From: Perna viridis
Lineage: Eukaryota
DNA length: 64,000 nt
Direction: 5' to 3'
Assembly (NCBI GenBank): GCA_037379345.1
Contig: CM074524.1
Location: forward strand, 3,817,635-3,881,634
The notes beneath the pieces are model-generated. The model did no database searches, was not told where the DNA came from, and was given only the letters and a program-made list of their open reading frames with translations. The position numbers were made by a program, and so were the translations under genes. Below, piece by piece: positions 54,401-60,400 of the stretch (the stretch's first letter is position 1; each line of letters starts with the position of its first letter).

Positions 54401-57400
54401 TTACAGATAGAGGTCTACTGTAGAAGCCAAATATGTTCAGAATAACAAGTTCTACTAGAAAAGTATAGGTTTTTATTCAGCATTTTCAAAACTGTAGGAG
54501 TTATGGCCAAAAAACTGATTTTTTATGCTATTTTGATAGGAACTGTCAATTTTTTCCATTTGTTTCAAATAAAAATACATAGAAACCACATATATTCTTG
54601 ATCAGGAGCATAAATGCTATCTAAAAATACCAAGGTCAAAGGTCAAAAGTCAAGGTCATTTGTTTTAATGGTGAAAAACTGGGTCAAAAATTATTTTTTG
54701 CCATTTTTGCCAATATGGTTCAAGATAGACAACTCAAACTACTTCCAATCAATTTAGAAGCATGGTTCCACATCTAATGATATGCCACAATGCATACTTC
54801 AGGTCAAATTTGACGATTTTCAGAAATTGGTGAAAATACACCGATTCACAACATTTTCAAAAATTGCATTTTTTTTGTCGTATTGACTCCAGGATACCAT
54901 ATTTTCCTTCGAGTAACCAATATAAGCCCTTTTCGACAAATTTTTTTAAGGTTTTTCCCATTTCGATGGGAAGACCTTCTTGTATTTCTTCTGATTATTA
55001 TTTTTTTTTTTTTTCCACCAGGCATTTTGCCAAAGTTTTGGCTGAACGTATCACGACAAGATTTTGACAATCTTTTGCAATCTGACAGGGGACTTTGGAA
55101 TTCACCCTGTGAGACATGATCTTTTGTCGGTCCAGAGTTATCTGCCCCATAGCGGAAAAACTAATTTTGCTAAAATTTCTGAAACTGTTTTAGATACACA
55201 CAAACTGAAAGCTCCATATTTTTTAGAAACCCAGGGCAGTACCATTTGACAAAGTTTCCAAAAGATTTGAGATTTCCCTGGTTATGCGATTTCGCGACCT
55301 AAAATGAAATTGTTCGGTTGGTCACTAAACTTTTAAACCGTAAGTCGTATAGACTTGGGACCTTCACTGTTGATCTTAAATGATTTGCAGTATGTTTTTG
55401 TATTTTTTGGTTCTTAGTCCAACTTTGACAAGATATTTTACCTCATTTGTATGGTCATTTCTGAATCTCTATGAGGCACTTTTTTGCTGTAGTTTTTTTC
55501 TTTAAGTCTTTATTGTATGAGTTATAACTACTGGTAACACGGTATTTACTGTCTAAATATGTATCTATATAGGAAAATTCTCCACCGAAATTTAGAACTA
55601 TATTCGTATACAACCAATTCCTATAGTGGTGTCTTTGTCGGTTTTGGTTATTGAAAATCACCTCTCTCTTTGAAAATTGGTGCACACATTGAAAACAACA
55701 GTACTTACCGTAATTAATGCATTTTTTTAATAAAATAATCTAAAAAATGCATCTGGATAAAGACAATAAGTAAATAATATTAATACATGCGTGAATGTTA
55801 GTTTCTGAAAACTGTCTTTAAAAGTATACTTCCAATACATTTTTCAAAAAGTGGCTTGGACCTAAATCGGGATGTCCAGCTTTTTATCAGTAAAAAACCA
55901 CTATTTAAGATCTTTAAATGCAAAACAACCCCATGTATGGCCTAACATTTAAACAACAGCATAGCGAGAATATCACGATAAATAAACATGTATTAATTAT
56001 TTTCAATTGTCATTAAATTAGGAAAATCAGAGTACTCATGTACTGAATCAATTTACATTGACTCTTTTAGTTGCCTTAAACAGAGACCGACTTCTTGGTT
56101 ATCAAAATATTTAAACAGTTATTGTACAGTAATTTTGTAAAGTCACTTTGTTCTGACATTGTTGTTCCAACTTACACAATGGAGGCACATTATTCACACT
56201 TATACACAATACTCATACTTTTGTAGAGACTTAAAAGTACGAATTTAGGGTTTACAATGTGAGTTTTATTTTGACCACATTTGTTCAATACATACTCAAA
56301 TAATACCTTTACAATGGATAATTCTATGTTAAGTGTGTTTTAGTACTTCATAGAGGAGTGGCCATTTGACCTGGAAGTGACAATTGAGACCTTTTGCTTT
56401 GAAATACTTTATAATTATCTCCCTTTGAATTTATCTATTTTCATGAAAGTCACAAGTTCATTTTGTTCTCAACTAATTGTATTGATGAAATTGACAGGAA
56501 AAATAGTTTATTACAACACAGTTACTACAGAATTCATCTTTCTTATAAGAATCAGAACTATTTTGAAATTTTAACAATTGTCAAAAACCTCGCCTTTTAA
56601 ATATACACAAGAAATAAATACTGTCGATCGAGCTATTCTACAAGCTAGAACACAATAAGCCATTAGTTGTGAGGTAAAGGTCATTTCCCATGAACATGAC
56701 AGTTGTCGGGAATTGGTGGGAAAGACCTTTCAATTGTTCTGGAACAATTGACCTTTTAATTTATCAGTACCTTTGTAAGAAGGTAGCTGTGTTTTGTTTT
56801 AACTTATGATGTTATAGCTTCTATATTTAGTCCTCATTTAGTGATAGATTTAGAAACTTAACAGTGCTTGGCTGATAGGCTGCTCGGTGTTAATAGATAG
56901 AAGTACTGTATAAACAAAGTATTGTTTGAATTAGGAATTATTTTGGAATTAAGAAAATAACCAAAAATAAATGTATGAAACTAACCCTAACTAAGGGGGT
57001 TAGTCATGCCAGCATGGCTAATGGGTAGGTTTAGTAGGATATCAAAAGTCAAGAAAACTTACTAACCCCTCTTCTTAATGATGGCATGACTAACCCTGTT
57101 AAGTAGGGGTAAGTTTTAAAAAAATATTTTTTTCACTTATTTTCTTAAATCCAAAATAATTCCAAATAATACCTAGTTTATAATGATCATAATTAGGGAT
57201 AAATAAAAAGAGGCAGTCGTCCTATAGTGATTTCTCTGTCTGTCCTTTCTTCCGTTACAAATTCATGTCTTGGCTGTAACTATTTGTCTTTTGATGTGGG
57301 TTTGATATCTTGCATGTGTGTAGATGACCTAAAAACAATGTGTCGCGTTCCATGGATAGTGGCATATGACCTTGAATATTAACCTCAATGTCAAATTCCT

Positions 57401-60400
57401 GTTTTTTCAGTGACAAACTGGTGTCCAGACTGTAATTTGTTTGTCTTTTGATGTAGGCTTTTGATATTTGGCATGTGGGAAGATCATCTAAATATGATGT
57501 GTCACCAACTATGGTTGGTGACCTTTGACCTTACCTATTGTATTTTGCACAACTGTTTATGTGTTGACTGTAATGACTTTTGCATGATTAATTGAATTTG
57601 CTAAGCATGGCTAATGTAGAGGATTTTTACTTCAAGGAACCCACCGAGATGGATTCCATCTCAATGATATCTAGTTATACATGTGGTGAATGTAAAGTAT
57701 GCATGGCTTATTTACCAGCTGTACAAGTTTTATTGTTTATTTGGTTTTGTCAGATGTTTTAACTTACATTGATGATATTCGTACTATCAAAAAATCTGTA
57801 TGAACCATAATACTATCATCGAACCACATACAGAATGACTGTAGCAACAGTTACACTCTCAGTGAATCACGAACAGAATCAGTACGAACCATAATACTGT
57901 CACCGAATCTGATATACAATACTATTTGTTGAGCAAGGATTAGAAAGTGAAGGATTTAATGATTTGTCTGAAAGTAAAAACACAATAATGAATAACTCTA
58001 ATTACTTTAACAGGATGGGAAAGACAGTGGATCCAACAACCAGTCATTCAGAAAAAAATGTGTCCGACCATCATTTCCAAAACAACCATTCCTTGGGAAA
58101 GATACTGAACATTCTGACATAGGAGATCTCATCAGAAATCGTCTTAAAAACCTTGGATTAAATCCTAATGATTACAGTTAGTTTGATTATATTTCGTTTT
58201 TAAAGCTAACAAAAACTTACAATAAAGACAAATGCTAATTCTTTCTTTAAAAAATAATACCAGAAATAAAAATTCCTTGAATTTAAGTATTTTTAAGTTT
58301 CTATGAATCTTATGTATGGGATAATAAATAATGAACGTTTCTAAATAAGTACACAAGAGATGCATGGTTTCACAAATTTTGTTTTATAGTAACCTTAAAA
58401 TTCATATTTTGTTAAGTGCAAAACACTAGTTCTTAGTGATTTTTATAACAGAGTAGAAATTTCTTATTAAGTACCAGTTCAGATAAAATTCAGACACTGC
58501 CTATTGTAAGGTGATTCATGGTGTAGAAAAACTCATGGATTAGTCAACAGTTGTTTGGTCTACATATGCTATATTTTAATGTGTCTTTTCTGTATTTTGA
58601 TCTGTTCTTTTAAGACAACTACACTTTAACCTCCCACTATAATCAACCAAATCAAACCAAATCAAGAACCATAACTCTTGCAAATTGCTAACTTCATGCA
58701 CAGTATATATAAATTTTATCTCAAAAGCACAACCCCTAAAAGGAAAACATGGTCTGATTTTGTGATCTATAACAGTTTCTGAACAAGAAATTAAAACTGA
58801 ATTCGGTGGGTTTTTGACATGCATGAATTGCCTCCTGTCTGATTTTTATAAAGACTGCTACTTAAATAGAGCAAGATATTATTTGTTATACTTTTCTAGC
58901 TCCAGATGAAGTACAGGATGTGATATCATATGTTATACTGAACCCCACACCAAAGAGAAAACTCAGACTGGGAGATATAGTGTAAGTACAGGATGTGATA
59001 TCATATGTTATACTGAACCCCAAACCAAAGAGAAAACTCAGACTGGGAGATATAGTGTAAGTACAGGATGTGATATATGTTATACTGAACCCTACACCAA
59101 AGAGAAAACTCAGACTGGGAGATATAGTGTAAGTACAGGATGTGTTATCATAAGTTATACTGAACCCCACACCAAAGAGAAAACTCAGACTGGGAGATAT
59201 AGTGTAAGTACAGGATGTGTTATCATATGTTATACTGAACACCACACCAAAGAGAAAACTCAGACTGGGAGATATAGTGTAAGTACAGGATGTGATATAT
59301 GTTATACTGAACCCTACACCAAAGAGAAAACTCAGACTGGGAGATATAGTGTAAGTACAGGATGTGTTATCATATGTTATACTAAATGCCACACCAAAGA
59401 GAAAACTCAGACTGGCAGATATAGTGTAAGTACAGGATGTGTTATATGTTATACTGAACACCACACCAAAGAGAAAACTCAGACTGGGAGATATAGTGTA
59501 AGTATAGGATGTGTTATCATATGTTATACTGAACCCCACACCAAAGAGAAAACTCAGACTGGGAGATATAGTGTAAGTACAGGATGTGTTATCATATGTT
59601 ATACTGAACCCCACACCAAAGAGAAAACTCAGACTGGGAGATATAGTGTAAGTACAGGATGTGATATATGTTATACTGAACCCCACACCAAAGAGAAAAC
59701 TGAGACTGGGAGATATAGTGTAAGTACAGGATGTGTTATCATATATTATACTGGACCCCACACCAAAGAGAAAACTGAGACTGGGAGATATAGTGTAAGT
59801 ACAGGATGTGTTATCATATGTTATACTGAACCCCACACCAAAAAGAAAACTCAGACTGGGAGATATAGTGTAAGTACAGGATGTGATATCATATGTTATA
59901 CTGAACCCCAAACCAAAGAGAAAACTGAGACTGGGAGATATAGTGTAAGTACAGGATGTGATATATGTTATACTGAACCCTACACCAAAGAGAAAACTCA
60001 GACTGGGAGATATAGTGTAAGTACAGGATGTGTTATCATAAGTTATACTGAACCCCACACCAAAGAGAAAACTCAGACTGGGAGATATAGTGTAAGTACA
60101 GGATGTGTTATCATATGTTATACTGAACACCACACCAAAGAGAAAACTCAGACTGGGAGATATAGTGTAAGTACAGGATGTGATATATGTTATACTGAAC
60201 CCTACACCAAAGAGAAAACTCAGACTGGGAGATATAGTGTAAGTACAGGATGTGTTATCATATGTTATACTAAATGCCACACCAAAGAGAAAACTCAGAC
60301 TGGCAGATATAGTGTAAGTACAGGATGTGTTATATGTTATACTGAACACCACACCAAAGAGAAAACTCAGACTGGGAGATATAGTGTAAGTATAGGATGT

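Noticed and set aside
58982-58991. GTAAGTACAG as a real 10 nt intron allowing a poly-exon-27 protein
   Set aside because: Far below spliceosomal minimum intron length, and its removal would leave 62/65 nt units that shift frame.
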